Origin: an uncultured Prevotella sp.
GTDB lineage: Bacteria > Bacteroidota > Bacteroidia > Bacteroidales > Bacteroidaceae
Direction: 5' to 3'
Length of the DNA stretch: 64,000 nt
Assembly: GCA_958369755.1 (NCBI GenBank)
Contig: CATXJC010000002.1
Coordinates: forward strand, 2,605-66,604
Below the pieces are notes generated by a model. It saw only the letters and a program-made list of their open reading frames with translations. It was not told where the DNA came from and did no database searches. Every line of letters starts with the position of its first letter. Position 1 is the first letter of the stretch. Made by a program: the position numbers and the translations under genes. Positions 9,933-18,527 of the stretch are shown one piece after another.

Positions 9933-12344
9933 ATGAAAAATAGATTATTGATACTCACAATATGCCTCATCGCAACCATAAAGATGATGGCGCAGGAGTT
10001 TACCCTTCACGGCAAAGTGGTAGACGAGAACAACCAGCCACTGGAGTTTGCCATCGTTTCGGTGGCTAGCCAGGGAAAGACTGCCGTTACTTCGCTCAAG
10101 GGAGACTATAGCCTCAAACTGCATTCAGCAGACAGCGTGGTAGTCAAATTCTCATATATCGGCTTCAAGACAAAAACAAAAGTGCTGAGAAGACCGCGAG
10201 GAAAACAAACCCTGCAGGTGGTACTTCGCGAAGCATCCACCACCCTCGATGAGGTTAATATCAAGGGAGAGAAAATACAGTCGGACCAGATACAGGAACT
10301 GAAGACTAAGGACATGAAGATGACGCCATCTGCCAACGGAAATGGGGTGGAAAGTCTGGTTCAGCAACAGGCTGGCGTGAGTACCCATAACGAACTCTCT
10401 TCGCAATACAATGTGCGTGGCGGTGCCTTCGATGAGAACTCCGTATACATCAACAACGTAGAAGTATTCCGCCCATTCCTGGTTCGCAGCGGACAGCAGG
10501 AAGGCCTCTCCGTCATCAACCCTTATATGGTAGATAAAATCGGTTTCTCAACCGGAGGATATGCTGCCAAATACGGAGACAAGATGAGTTCGGCTCTCGA
10601 CATCACCTACAAAACCCTGAAAGCAAAAAGCAAGAAGCCGGTGGTCGAAGGCAGTCTGGCTGCCAGTCTGCTGGGTGCTGACGCATACATCGGTCTGGGA
10701 ACCCAGAAACTTTCATGGCTCAACAGCGTGCGCTACAAAACCACCTCTTACCTGCTCGGTTCGATGGAAACCAAAGGCGAATACAAGCCAAACTATCTGG
10801 ACTATCAGACCTATCTGAGTTACCAGCCCAACAAACGCTGGAAGCTTGACTTCATAGGCTACATCTCTGATAATCACTACAATTTCGAACCGGAAGACCG
10901 AGAAACGAAGTTCGGAACAATGGAAAACGTAAAGAGCTTCAGAGTATATTTTGACGGTCAGGAGAAAGACCGCTTCCTCACCTACTTCGGTACACTCGGC
11001 ATTACCCGCCAGTTTACCGCCAACACCAGTCTCTCGCTTCTGGGCAGTGCTTTCTATACCAAGGAACAGGAGAAATATGACATTCAGGGGCAATATTGGC
11101 TCGATGAGACCGAAACCTCAGAAAACCTGGGTGTAGGTACCTATTTCGAACATGCCCGAAACTATCTTACGGCTCGCGTGATGAGTGCCAAACTGATGCT
11201 CAAGCACAAGGTGAAGAAACATCAGATGGAGGCCGCAGTAAGTCTGAAGCGTGAACATATCGAGGAGAATTCAGTAGAATATGAGATGCGCGATTCCGCA
11301 GGATACAGTATTCCTCACAATGGCAAAGACCTCTATATGGTTTATTCACTGAAGGCTCGCAACGAACTGAATGCCAACCGAATGGAAGCTTACATCCAGG
11401 ACACCTACCGTTTTTCGGGAGGAACAGCCGACAGTACCGGTAAGGGACAGACACATTACACCCTGAACTATGGTATCAGAATGAGTCATTGGAATTTCAA
11501 CAGAGAAACCATCGTGAGTCCTCGTCTGTCGCTCGCCATCATACCAGCCAACCATGAGAATACAACTCTCCGTTTTGCGGCAGGTCTGTATTATCAGGCT
11601 CCATTCTTCAAGGAATTGAGAGATACATCTACGGTGAACGGCATAACCATCGCATCGCTGAACAAGAAAATCAAGAGCCAGCGAAGCATCCACTTCATCG
11701 CCGGCTACGACTATAGGTTCAAGCTAGGAGACCAACGCTATAAATTCTCTGCCGAAGCCTATTACAAGGCTTTGAGTAATCTGGTTCCTTATTCGGTTAG
11801 TAACGTGAAGGTAGTTTATTACGGACAGAACGAATGCAGCGGTCATGCGGCAGGACTCGACTTCAAACTCTACGGAGAATTTGTTCCGGGTACCGATTCC
11901 TGGCTCAGTCTTTCGCTCATGGATACAAAGATGAAACTGGGTGGCAAGAGCATTCCTTTGCCTACCGACCAGCGTTATGCGGTAAACCTCTTCTTCACCG
12001 ATTATTTCCCGGGCAGCAAGAAATGGCGCATGTCTTTGAAACTCGCCTTTGCCGATGGTCTTCCTTTTGCAGCACCCCACAGAGAGCTGGAGACCAACAG
12101 TTTCCGTGCCACCGCCTATCGCCGTGCTGATATCGGTATGAGCTATCAGCTGCTCGACAACAGCCGCCGGGAGAAGAAGACCTTCCTGAAGAATGTGATG
12201 TTGGGGGTAGATTGTCTCAACCTCTTCGGCATAGACAACGTAAACAGCTATTACTGGGTGACAGATGTAACCAGTCAGCAATACGCCGTACCTAATTATC
12301 TTACCGGCAGACAGCTCAATGCCCGCATTCTTTTGGAATTTTAG
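9933..12344 (+). CDS. TonB-dependent outer-membrane receptor with N-terminal carboxypeptidase-regulatory-like domain
   Basis: Start MKNRLL (9933); signal peptide; plug motif YNVRGG; GGYAAKYGDKMSSALDI; C-terminal Phe. Confidence 0.88.
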   Translation: MKNRLLILTICLIATIKMMAQEFTLHGKVVDENNQPLEFAIVSVASQGKTAVTSLKGDYSLKLHSADSVVVKFSYIGFKTKTKVLRRPRGKQTLQVVLREASTTLDEVNIKGEKIQSDQIQELKTKDMKMTPSANGNGVESLVQQQAGVSTHNELSSQYNVRGGAFDENSVYINNVEVFRPFLVRSGQQEGLSVINPYMVDKIGFSTGGYAAKYGDKMSSALDITYKTLKAKSKKPVVEGSLAASLLGADAYIGLGTQKLSWLNSVRYKTTSYLLGSMETKGEYKPNYLDYQTYLSYQPNKRWKLDFIGYISDNHYNFEPEDRETKFGTMENVKSFRVYFDGQEKDRFLTYFGTLGITRQFTANTSLSLLGSAFYTKEQEKYDIQGQYWLDETETSENLGVGTYFEHARNYLTARVMSAKLMLKHKVKKHQMEAAVSLKREHIEENSVEYEMRDSAGYSIPHNGKDLYMVYSLKARNELNANRMEAYIQDTYRFSGGTADSTGKGQTHYTLNYGIRMSHWNFNRETIVSPRLSLAIIPANHENTTLRFAAGLYYQAPFFKELRDTSTVNGITIASLNKKIKSQRSIHFIAGYDYRFKLGDQRYKFSAEAYYKALSNLVPYSVSNVKVVYYGQNECSGHAAGLDFKLYGEFVPGTDSWLSLSLMDTKMKLGGKSIPLPTDQRYAVNLFFTDYFPGSKKWRMSLKLAFADGLPFAAPHRELETNSFRATAYRRADIGMSYQLLDNSRREKKTFLKNVMLGVDCLNLFGIDNVNSYYWVTDVTSQQYAVPNYLTGRQLNARILLEF

Positions 12345-12521
12345 GACCAAATAATAGTGATTTTTCACATTATTCTAAATATTTAACCGTAGATAGTTCG
12401 CTATCTGCGGTTTTTTTCGTATCTTTGCGCCCGAATTATGCGATGACGGTTCGTCCGCTCATTCCATGGATTCAGGAAACCATTCTATAAAGAATAAAGA
12501 AATAATACATAATAATCAATT

Positions 12522-14087
12522 ATGAGCAAACAAGTAGAAAAGATTAAGGAGCTGATCGCTAAGCGCGAACAGGCTCGTCTTGGCGGTGGCGAGAAGGCCA
12601 TCGAGAAGCAGCATGCACGTGGCAAATATACCGCTCGTGAGCGTATCGAAATGTTGGTAGATGCCGGCAGTTTCGAGGAGTATGATATGTTCAAGTTGCA
12701 TCGTTGCACTAACTTTGGCATGGAGAAGAAGCAGTACCTCGGTGATGGTGTTGTAGCTGGTAGCGCTACTATAGCCGGCCGTCTGGTTTACGTATATGCT
12801 CAGGACTTCACCGTAAATGGTGGTTCACTCTCTGAGACTATGGCACAGAAGATCTGCAAGGTAATGGATATGGCTATGACTATGGGTGCACCTGTTATCT
12901 GCATGAACGACTCTGGTGGTGCCCGTATTCAGGAAGGTATCTGCGCCCTCGCTGGTTATGGTGAGATTTTCGAGCGCAACATCCTCGCTTCTGGTGTCAT
13001 CCCACAGATTTCTGCCATCATGGGCCCTTGCGCAGGTGGTGCCGTTTACTCTCCAGCTCTGACCGACTTCATCATCATGAAGGAGCAGACTTCTTACATG
13101 TTCCTGACCGGTCCTAAGGTTGTCAAGACCGTAACTGGTGAGGACATCGATGCAGAGCACCTTGGTGGTGCATCTGTTCACGCAACCAAGAGTGGTGTTA
13201 CCCACTTCGCTGCTAAGACTGAGGAAGAGGCTATCGAGATGATCAAGAGCCTGCTCTCTTACATCCCTAGCAACAATACAGAAGAAGCTCCACGCGTAGA
13301 GTGCACAGACCCTATCGACCGCATGGACGATACTCTGAACGAGATTATCCCTGAGGATCCAAACCAGGCATACGATATGTATAAGGTGATTGGTGCCGTA
13401 ACCGATAACGGAGAGTTCTTCGAGGTTCAGCCTAAGTTCGCCAAGAACATCATCACAGGTTTCGCCCGCTTTAATGGTCAGAGCGTTGGTATCGTAGCCA
13501 ACCAGCCAGCAGCTTACGCAGGCGTACTCGATGTAAACGCTAGCCGCAAGGCAGCCCGCTTCGTCCGTTTCTGCGATGCCTTCAATATTCCTATCGTTTC
13601 TCTGGTTGACGTACCAGGATTCTTGCCAGGTACAGGTCAGGAGTACAACGCTGTCATCCTCCACGGTGCACAGTTGCTCTACGCTTACGGCGAGGCTACC
13701 GTGCCAAAGATCACTATCACATTGCGTAAGAGCTATGGTGGTAGCCACATCGTGATGGGTTGCAAGCAGTTGCGTGCTGACTTGAACTTCGCTTGGCCAT
13801 CTTCAGAGATTGCCGTAATGGGTGCCAGCGGTGCCGTTGCCGTTCTCTGTGGTAAGGAAGCTAAGGCTAAGAAGGAAGCTGGCGAGGATGTAAAGGCATT
13901 CCTGGCTGAGAAGGAGCAGGAGTATACTGACAAGTTTGCTAATCCATATCAGGCAGCTCAGTATGGTTACATCGATGATGTCATCGAGCCACGTAACACC
14001 CGTTTCCGCATCTGCCGTGGTTTGGCTCAGCTCGCTACCAAGCGTCAGAGCTTACCAGCTAAGAAGCATGGCTGTATGCCAATGTAA
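12522..14087 (+). CDS. Acyl-CoA carboxyltransferase subunit (PccB/MmdA family)
   Basis: DSGGARIQEG, GPCAGGAVY, VDVPGFLPG, RKSYGG motifs. Confidence 0.95.
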   Translation: MSKQVEKIKELIAKREQARLGGGEKAIEKQHARGKYTARERIEMLVDAGSFEEYDMFKLHRCTNFGMEKKQYLGDGVVAGSATIAGRLVYVYAQDFTVNGGSLSETMAQKICKVMDMAMTMGAPVICMNDSGGARIQEGICALAGYGEIFERNILASGVIPQISAIMGPCAGGAVYSPALTDFIIMKEQTSYMFLTGPKVVKTVTGEDIDAEHLGGASVHATKSGVTHFAAKTEEEAIEMIKSLLSYIPSNNTEEAPRVECTDPIDRMDDTLNEIIPEDPNQAYDMYKVIGAVTDNGEFFEVQPKFAKNIITGFARFNGQSVGIVANQPAAYAGVLDVNASRKAARFVRFCDAFNIPIVSLVDVPGFLPGTGQEYNAVILHGAQLLYAYGEATVPKITITLRKSYGGSHIVMGCKQLRADLNFAWPSSEIAVMGASGAVAVLCGKEAKAKKEAGEDVKAFLAEKEQEYTDKFANPYQAAQYGYIDDVIEPRNTRFRICRGLAQLATKRQSLPAKKHGCMPM

Positions 14088-14093
14088 TATAGA

Positions 14094-14193
14094 AATGCTG
14101 AATGTTGAGTGTAGAATGTTGAGTTATATACAGACTCAACATAACAGAAGGGCGCAAGCCTAATTCAACACTCAACAATCAACACTCAAAATT
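14094..14193. repeat. Heptamer-array inverted repeat element
   Basis: 4x (A)ATGTTG-like units, spacer, GGGCGCAAGCC, then complementary CAACACT-like units. Confidence 0.8.
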
Positions 14194-14206
14194 AAAGTAA
14201 AAACGA

Positions 14207-14356
14207 ATGGATAAGAATATTTATGCTGCAATTGCCATGGCACTCTATGAGTATCAGGGCAATAACGTACACGACAAGGAGCCTGGCATCATCACTATCA
14301 AGCCACGTCAGACGATGTGGAACGCCAAGTTCTTGAGTTTAACAGCTAAACCATAA
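14207..14356 (+). CDS. 49-aa protein resembling the C-terminal cytoplasmic part of Bacteroidales OadG/MmdD subunits
   Basis: Below ORF-track cutoff; MDKNIYAAIAMALYEYQGNNVHDKEPGIITIKPRQTMWNAKFLSLTAKP between carboxyltransferase and biotin carrier. Confidence 0.75.
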   Translation: MDKNIYAAIAMALYEYQGNNVHDKEPGIITIKPRQTMWNAKFLSLTAKP

Positions 14357-14366
14357 TGTAATAGAA

Positions 14367-14792
14367 ATGAAAGAGTTTAAATATACAATTGACGGAAAAG
14401 AATACAAGGTTCAGATTGACGCTGTTGAGGGTAACATCGCAAGCGTGAACGTGAATGGCGAAGCTTACAAGGTTGAGATGGAACAGGAGGCTGAGCCAGA
14501 GAAGAAGAAGGTTGTGCTTGGTCAGCCAGCTGCTGCATCTGATGATGCTGAGGCTACTCCAGCTGCCAACGTAAATACAGCCAATGCTGTAAAGGCTCCT
14601 CTCCCTGGTACTATCACCAGCATCGAGGTAGCTGTTGGTCAGGAGGTAAAGGCAGGTGATACTGTTGTCGTTCTCGAGGCTATGAAGATGCAGAACAACA
14701 TCGAGGCTGAGAAGGATGGTAAGGTTACTGCTATCTGCGTTAAGCCTGGTCAGGCTGTGCTCGAAGAGGATGCACTCGTGGTTATCGAGTAA
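14367..14792 (+). CDS. Biotin carboxyl carrier protein
   Basis: EAMKM biotinylation motif; Ala/Pro-rich linker. Confidence 0.96.
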   Translation: MKEFKYTIDGKEYKVQIDAVEGNIASVNVNGEAYKVEMEQEAEPEKKKVVLGQPAAASDDAEATPAANVNTANAVKAPLPGTITSIEVAVGQEVKAGDTVVVLEAMKMQNNIEAEKDGKVTAICVKPGQAVLEEDALVVIE

Positions 14793-14867
14793 ATCAAGAA
14801 TTTGAGAATTAGAGAATTATACTTCCAGATTCGGGATTATAATTCGGAAATTCATATAAAGAATATC

Positions 14868-14902
14868 AAAGGTCGCAAGCTATGATTGCTTGCGACCTTT
14901 TT
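14868..14902. terminator. Bidirectional terminator
   Basis: AAAGGTCGCAAGC-loop-GCTTGCGACCTTT between convergent genes. Confidence 0.85.
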
Positions 14903-15793
14903 CTATATATGTACAAATCCCGCAGGACCATTCAGTCTCTGTCCTTTGGTTCTCACATATTTCAGGAACTCAACCACCACAGGGTTTTTGGGTTTACCGG
15001 CAGTTACGAGATAGAGATACCGGGCTGGCGGTGCAGGATATTTTCCTTTGGCTATGGCATCCATCAGTTCATCCAGCGTATCATAGAATTTCTCATCTGC
15101 ATCCAGTTTTCCATTCCCATTTACGTCTATCGGAACAATGGCGATACCCTTCGTAGGCTTATGCGTCTTGTCGTTGTAGGCGTAACCGATGTTGTTGAAT
15201 CCGATGCCGTTCACGTCCTTCTGCAGAGTCTCGGCAATGCCCGGATCTCCAAAGACTCCCGTTCCCTTCAGGTCTTCCTGCTTCTTTCCCAGAAACGCAG
15301 CCCAGGTCTCGGCAGCACCACAGGCATCGCTTCGGGTGTAGACATTCAGCCGGGTCTTTCCCTCCCAAATCGCCGTAGCCTGCTTCTGGCTCAATCCCGT
15401 CTTCAACAATTCCCGATATACCGGATTGCTGGCGTTGATGGTTGCCACTACCGCATCTTTTGCCACAGCATACGCCAGGGCACCTTTCTCCTTCTCCTGC
15501 GGCTTCAGTTCTCGGCTCACCATCGCAATATCTACCTGGTCGGCAAGAACATCAGTAATACCCTTTCCGGCTCCACCAGTCGAGATATCGATATCCACTT
15601 CGGGGTGAAGACGATGAAACTCATCTGCCCACTGTATCGCCAGCGGATAAAGGGCGAAAGCACCCGACAGCGTAATGTAACCACTCAGCACCTGCTTGCC
15701 GTCAGCACTACGTTTCACCTCTCCCCTACTTCCGCAACTCGCTAACAGTAAGGAGGTTCCTACTACTAAAATTCCTATGATTTTCTTTCTCAT
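14903..15793 (-). CDS. PstS-family ABC substrate-binding lipoprotein (atypical binding motifs)
   Basis: Lipobox LASC; PBP2 fold motifs, but SGAFALYP/GGAGKG/RSDACGA where phosphate binders have GST/GSG/R..SGT. Confidence 0.85.
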   Translation of the reverse strand: MRKKIIGILVVGTSLLLASCGSRGEVKRSADGKQVLSGYITLSGAFALYPLAIQWADEFHRLHPEVDIDISTGGAGKGITDVLADQVDIAMVSRELKPQEKEKGALAYAVAKDAVVATINASNPVYRELLKTGLSQKQATAIWEGKTRLNVYTRSDACGAAETWAAFLGKKQEDLKGTGVFGDPGIAETLQKDVNGIGFNNIGYAYNDKTHKPTKGIAIVPIDVNGNGKLDADEKFYDTLDELMDAIAKGKYPAPPARYLYLVTAGKPKNPVVVEFLKYVRTKGQRLNGPAGFVHI

Positions 15794-15828
15794 ATCTATA
15801 CCTTATTATATATATTACTAACTGGCTG

Positions 15829-15952
15829 CAAAGGTATAAAGATTATGCAGATGGGGCAATACCACAATCGTACCATTCCCATATACCACATATAGGGTAT
15901 GAAATTACCCCATATAAGGTATTGCCCAATAAGCAAAATCGTCGTACCTTTG
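15829..15952. promoter_or_regulatory. Divergent promoter pair with TACC-N8-GGTA palindromes
   Basis: TACCTTTG -7 boxes at 15836-15829 (-) and 15945-15952 (+), each preceded by GGTATTGCCC; palindromes at 15884-15899 and 15906-15921. Confidence 0.8.
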
Positions 15953-16038
15953 CAAACGAAAATAAGAAGTATAAACGCTGAGGATTACACCTTATTATAT
16001 ATAGGGAGTATGAATCTTAAAATATAGGAGATTTAGAT

Positions 16039-16821
16039 ATGACTACAAAGTTTGTTCACAACAATCATGCACAGCTCGACACCAAGAACTTGAATGTATA
16101 TATCAATGGTGCACAAATCTTGAAAGATGTAAATGTAAGTATTCCTAAGGGAAAGATTACTTGCATCATCGGTCCTTCCGGATGCGGCAAGTCTACGCTT
16201 CTCCGTACCTTCAACCGATTGAACGACCGCGTGGAAGGTTTGAAGATGAATGGAGAGGTGAATCTCGGAGACAATAACATCCTCGAGGCAAGCAGCAGCA
16301 AACTCTCTGAAGTGCGCCGCAACATCGGTCTTGTTCCTCAGCGTCCATGCCCTCTCCCTATGAGCATCTACGACAATGTGGCTTATGGTTGCCGCATCCA
16401 TGGCATCCGCAACAAGAAGAAACTGGACAGCATCGTAGAGCATTATCTCAAGGCAGTAGGTCTCTGGGAGGAAGTGAAGGATAGACTGAAGAATCCGGCT
16501 TCAAAGTTGAGCGGCGGTCAGCAGCAGCGCCTCTGCCTGGCACGCAGCCTTGCCGTAGAGCCAAGTTATCTGCTTGCAGATGAGAGTACTTCCGCCCTCG
16601 ACCCTATCAGCAGCAAGAAGGTGGAGCAGCTCTTCACCGAACTGAAGAAGGATTACAGCATCGTGATGGTAACCCACACCCTTCGCCAGGCTCTCCGTAT
16701 CGCCGACCACGTCATCTTCATGTATCTGGGTGAGGTGATTGAAGAAGGAAGCGCTGAGGAAGTGTTCCATCATCCAAAGCACGAACTGACACAGGAATAT
16801 CTCAACGGCGCTTTCAGCTAA
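16039..16821 (+). CDS. PstB-family ABC ATPase
   Basis: GPSGCGKST, LSGGQQQRLC, DESTSALDP, PMSIYDNVAYG. Confidence 0.92.
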   Translation: MTTKFVHNNHAQLDTKNLNVYINGAQILKDVNVSIPKGKITCIIGPSGCGKSTLLRTFNRLNDRVEGLKMNGEVNLGDNNILEASSSKLSEVRRNIGLVPQRPCPLPMSIYDNVAYGCRIHGIRNKKKLDSIVEHYLKAVGLWEEVKDRLKNPASKLSGGQQQRLCLARSLAVEPSYLLADESTSALDPISSKKVEQLFTELKKDYSIVMVTHTLRQALRIADHVIFMYLGEVIEEGSAEEVFHHPKHELTQEYLNGAFS

Positions 16822-16874
16822 GGAGACGGGGCATACAGTTAAAATGAATATAACAACATAAAATTGATAAGAAT

Positions 16875-17087
16875 ATGGCACAGATTATTGTAAACGACGA
16901 AAAGCAGGAAGTATCTCTTCCTTTGACATTGGCAGAACTCATTAAAATCAACAAGGTGTTCCAGCCAGAGATGGTAACTATCCAGGTGAACGAGGACTTT
17001 GCTGAGAAAGAAGACTATGAGAAGATTCAGCTCAAGGACGGCGACCATGTAGATTTCCTCTACTTCATGGGAGGAGGCGCCTGCTAA
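16875..17087 (+). CDS. ThiS/MoaD-like sulfur carrier protein with C-terminal extension (HcyS-like)
   Basis: 70 aa beta-grasp pattern LKDGDHVDFLYFMGGG followed by Ala-Cys. Confidence 0.9.
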   Translation: MAQIIVNDEKQEVSLPLTLAELIKINKVFQPEMVTIQVNEDFAEKEDYEKIQLKDGDHVDFLYFMGGGAC

Positions 17088-17229
17088 AAAAGTAAACAAG
17101 TAGTACAATAAAAGGCTTATTAGGCAGTTCTTATATATAAGATTACGTCGGTCGTTGATGTACGTTTTTTGTATCGTTGACGCATTTAATAAGTTACAGT
17201 ATTCATCCATAAAAGAAATCAGAAACAAG

Positions 17230-18039
17230 ATGATAGATTTAACAGAAGAACAGATAGAGAGATACAGCCGCCACATCCTCCTTCAGGATGTAGGACTCGA
17301 AGGTCAGGAGAAACTTCTCAATGCCAAGGTACTCATCGTAGGTGCCGGTGGCTTGGGCTCTCCAGTTGCCCTCTACCTCGCTGCAGCAGGTGTGGGACAT
17401 ATCGGTATCGTGGATGCTGACGTGGTAGACCTCAGCAACCTGCAGCGCCAGGTGATTCATCAGACCAAGGACCTGGGTACTCCAAAAGTGGAGAGCGCCA
17501 AGGAGAAGATGATTGCCATCAATCCGGATGTGGAAGTGACCACTTATCACGACTTCCTCGATTCTCACAATGCCGAGGAAATCATCAAGCCATGGGATTT
17601 CGTCATCGACGGAACAGACAACTTCCCAGTAAAGTTCCTTATCAATGATGCCTGCGTACGTCTGGGCAAAGCCTTCTCGCATGGCGGCATCCTGAGATTC
17701 CAGGGACAGACCTTTACCCACTTGCCAGGCACAGCATGTTACCGCTGCTTCTTCAAGGAACCACCTCCAGCAGGCGCAGTTCCTACCTGTAGTCAGGCAG
17801 GCGTTCTGGGAGCCATTGCCGGTATGCTCGGAACCATTCAGGCAGCAGAGGCTTTGAAGTACTTCCTCGGTGTAGGCGAATTGCTCACCGACCGATTGCT
17901 CACCTTCGATGCCAAGACGATGAACTTCCGCACCATCAAGGTGAAAAAGCGTGCATCCTGCGAAATCTGCGGCGACCACCCTACCATCGATCATCTCATC
18001 GATTACGAGCAGGCAGCCTGCGATTTGAAGCACCACTAA
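17230..18039 (+). CDS. ThiF/MoeB-family adenylyltransferase (HcyF-like)
   Basis: Start MIDLTEEQIERYSRH; GAGGLG, SNLQRQ, DGTDNF, two CxxC zinc pairs. Confidence 0.93.
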   Translation: MIDLTEEQIERYSRHILLQDVGLEGQEKLLNAKVLIVGAGGLGSPVALYLAAAGVGHIGIVDADVVDLSNLQRQVIHQTKDLGTPKVESAKEKMIAINPDVEVTTYHDFLDSHNAEEIIKPWDFVIDGTDNFPVKFLINDACVRLGKAFSHGGILRFQGQTFTHLPGTACYRCFFKEPPPAGAVPTCSQAGVLGAIAGMLGTIQAAEALKYFLGVGELLTDRLLTFDAKTMNFRTIKVKKRASCEICGDHPTIDHLIDYEQAACDLKHH

Positions 18040-18081
18040 GATTTAGTGATTATTTATTAGTGATTATTTTTGCTATAGCTT

Positions 18082-18480
18082 ATGAAGATTAACGACGACG
18101 TAATCAAGGTTATTATCGAGCAAGCTAAGAAGGATGCGCCCATCGAGAGTTGCGGACTTCTGTTAGGCAAGGATGATGTGGTGACGGAAAGCTACTGGAT
18201 GGAGAACATCGACCATAGCGAGGAGCATTTTTCCTTTGCTCCGAAAGACCAGTTTGCGGCTCTGAAATACGCCCGAAGCAAGGGCTTGAAGATTCTCGCC
18301 AACTGGCACAGTCACCCAGCATCGCCTTCCCGCCCATCGCAGGAAGACCTTCGGCTGGCTAACGATCCCAACATCCGTTATGCCATCCTCTCATTGCTCG
18401 ACGGAAAGATTCACCTCAATTCATTCAAGGTTCAGAATGGAGAGGTGGTGGATAAGGAAGTTCACTTCGAAAGTGAATGA
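18082..18480 (+). CDS. JAMM/Mov34 (M67) metallopeptidase (HcyD/Mec-like)
   Basis: ESCGLL and HSHP...PSQED JAMM motif. Confidence 0.93.
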   Translation: MKINDDVIKVIIEQAKKDAPIESCGLLLGKDDVVTESYWMENIDHSEEHFSFAPKDQFAALKYARSKGLKILANWHSHPASPSRPSQEDLRLANDPNIRYAILSLLDGKIHLNSFKVQNGEVVDKEVHFESE

Positions 18481-18527
18481 TGGGAATATTCAGATTCCCT
18501 TGAACAATTTTAAAACGATACAAGAAC

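Noticed and set aside
12430..12485. Leader GCGATGACGGTTCGTCCGC as a fluoride riboswitch
   Set aside because: Only superficial similarity. The downstream conserved elements are absent and the gene context does not fit.
16875..18039. Thiamine or molybdopterin biosynthesis (thiS/thiF, moaD/moeB)
   Set aside because: No thiG/thiH or moaE nearby. A blocked C-terminus plus a JAMM protease fits the HcyS/CysO type.
16875..18480. Ubl + E1 + JAB trio as an anti-phage conjugation system (Bil, or CBASS Cap2/Cap3)
   Set aside because: No E2 or CD-NTase. The genes are embedded with sulfite reductase and siroheme genes under the same promoter motif as cysD, so sulfur transfer explains them better.
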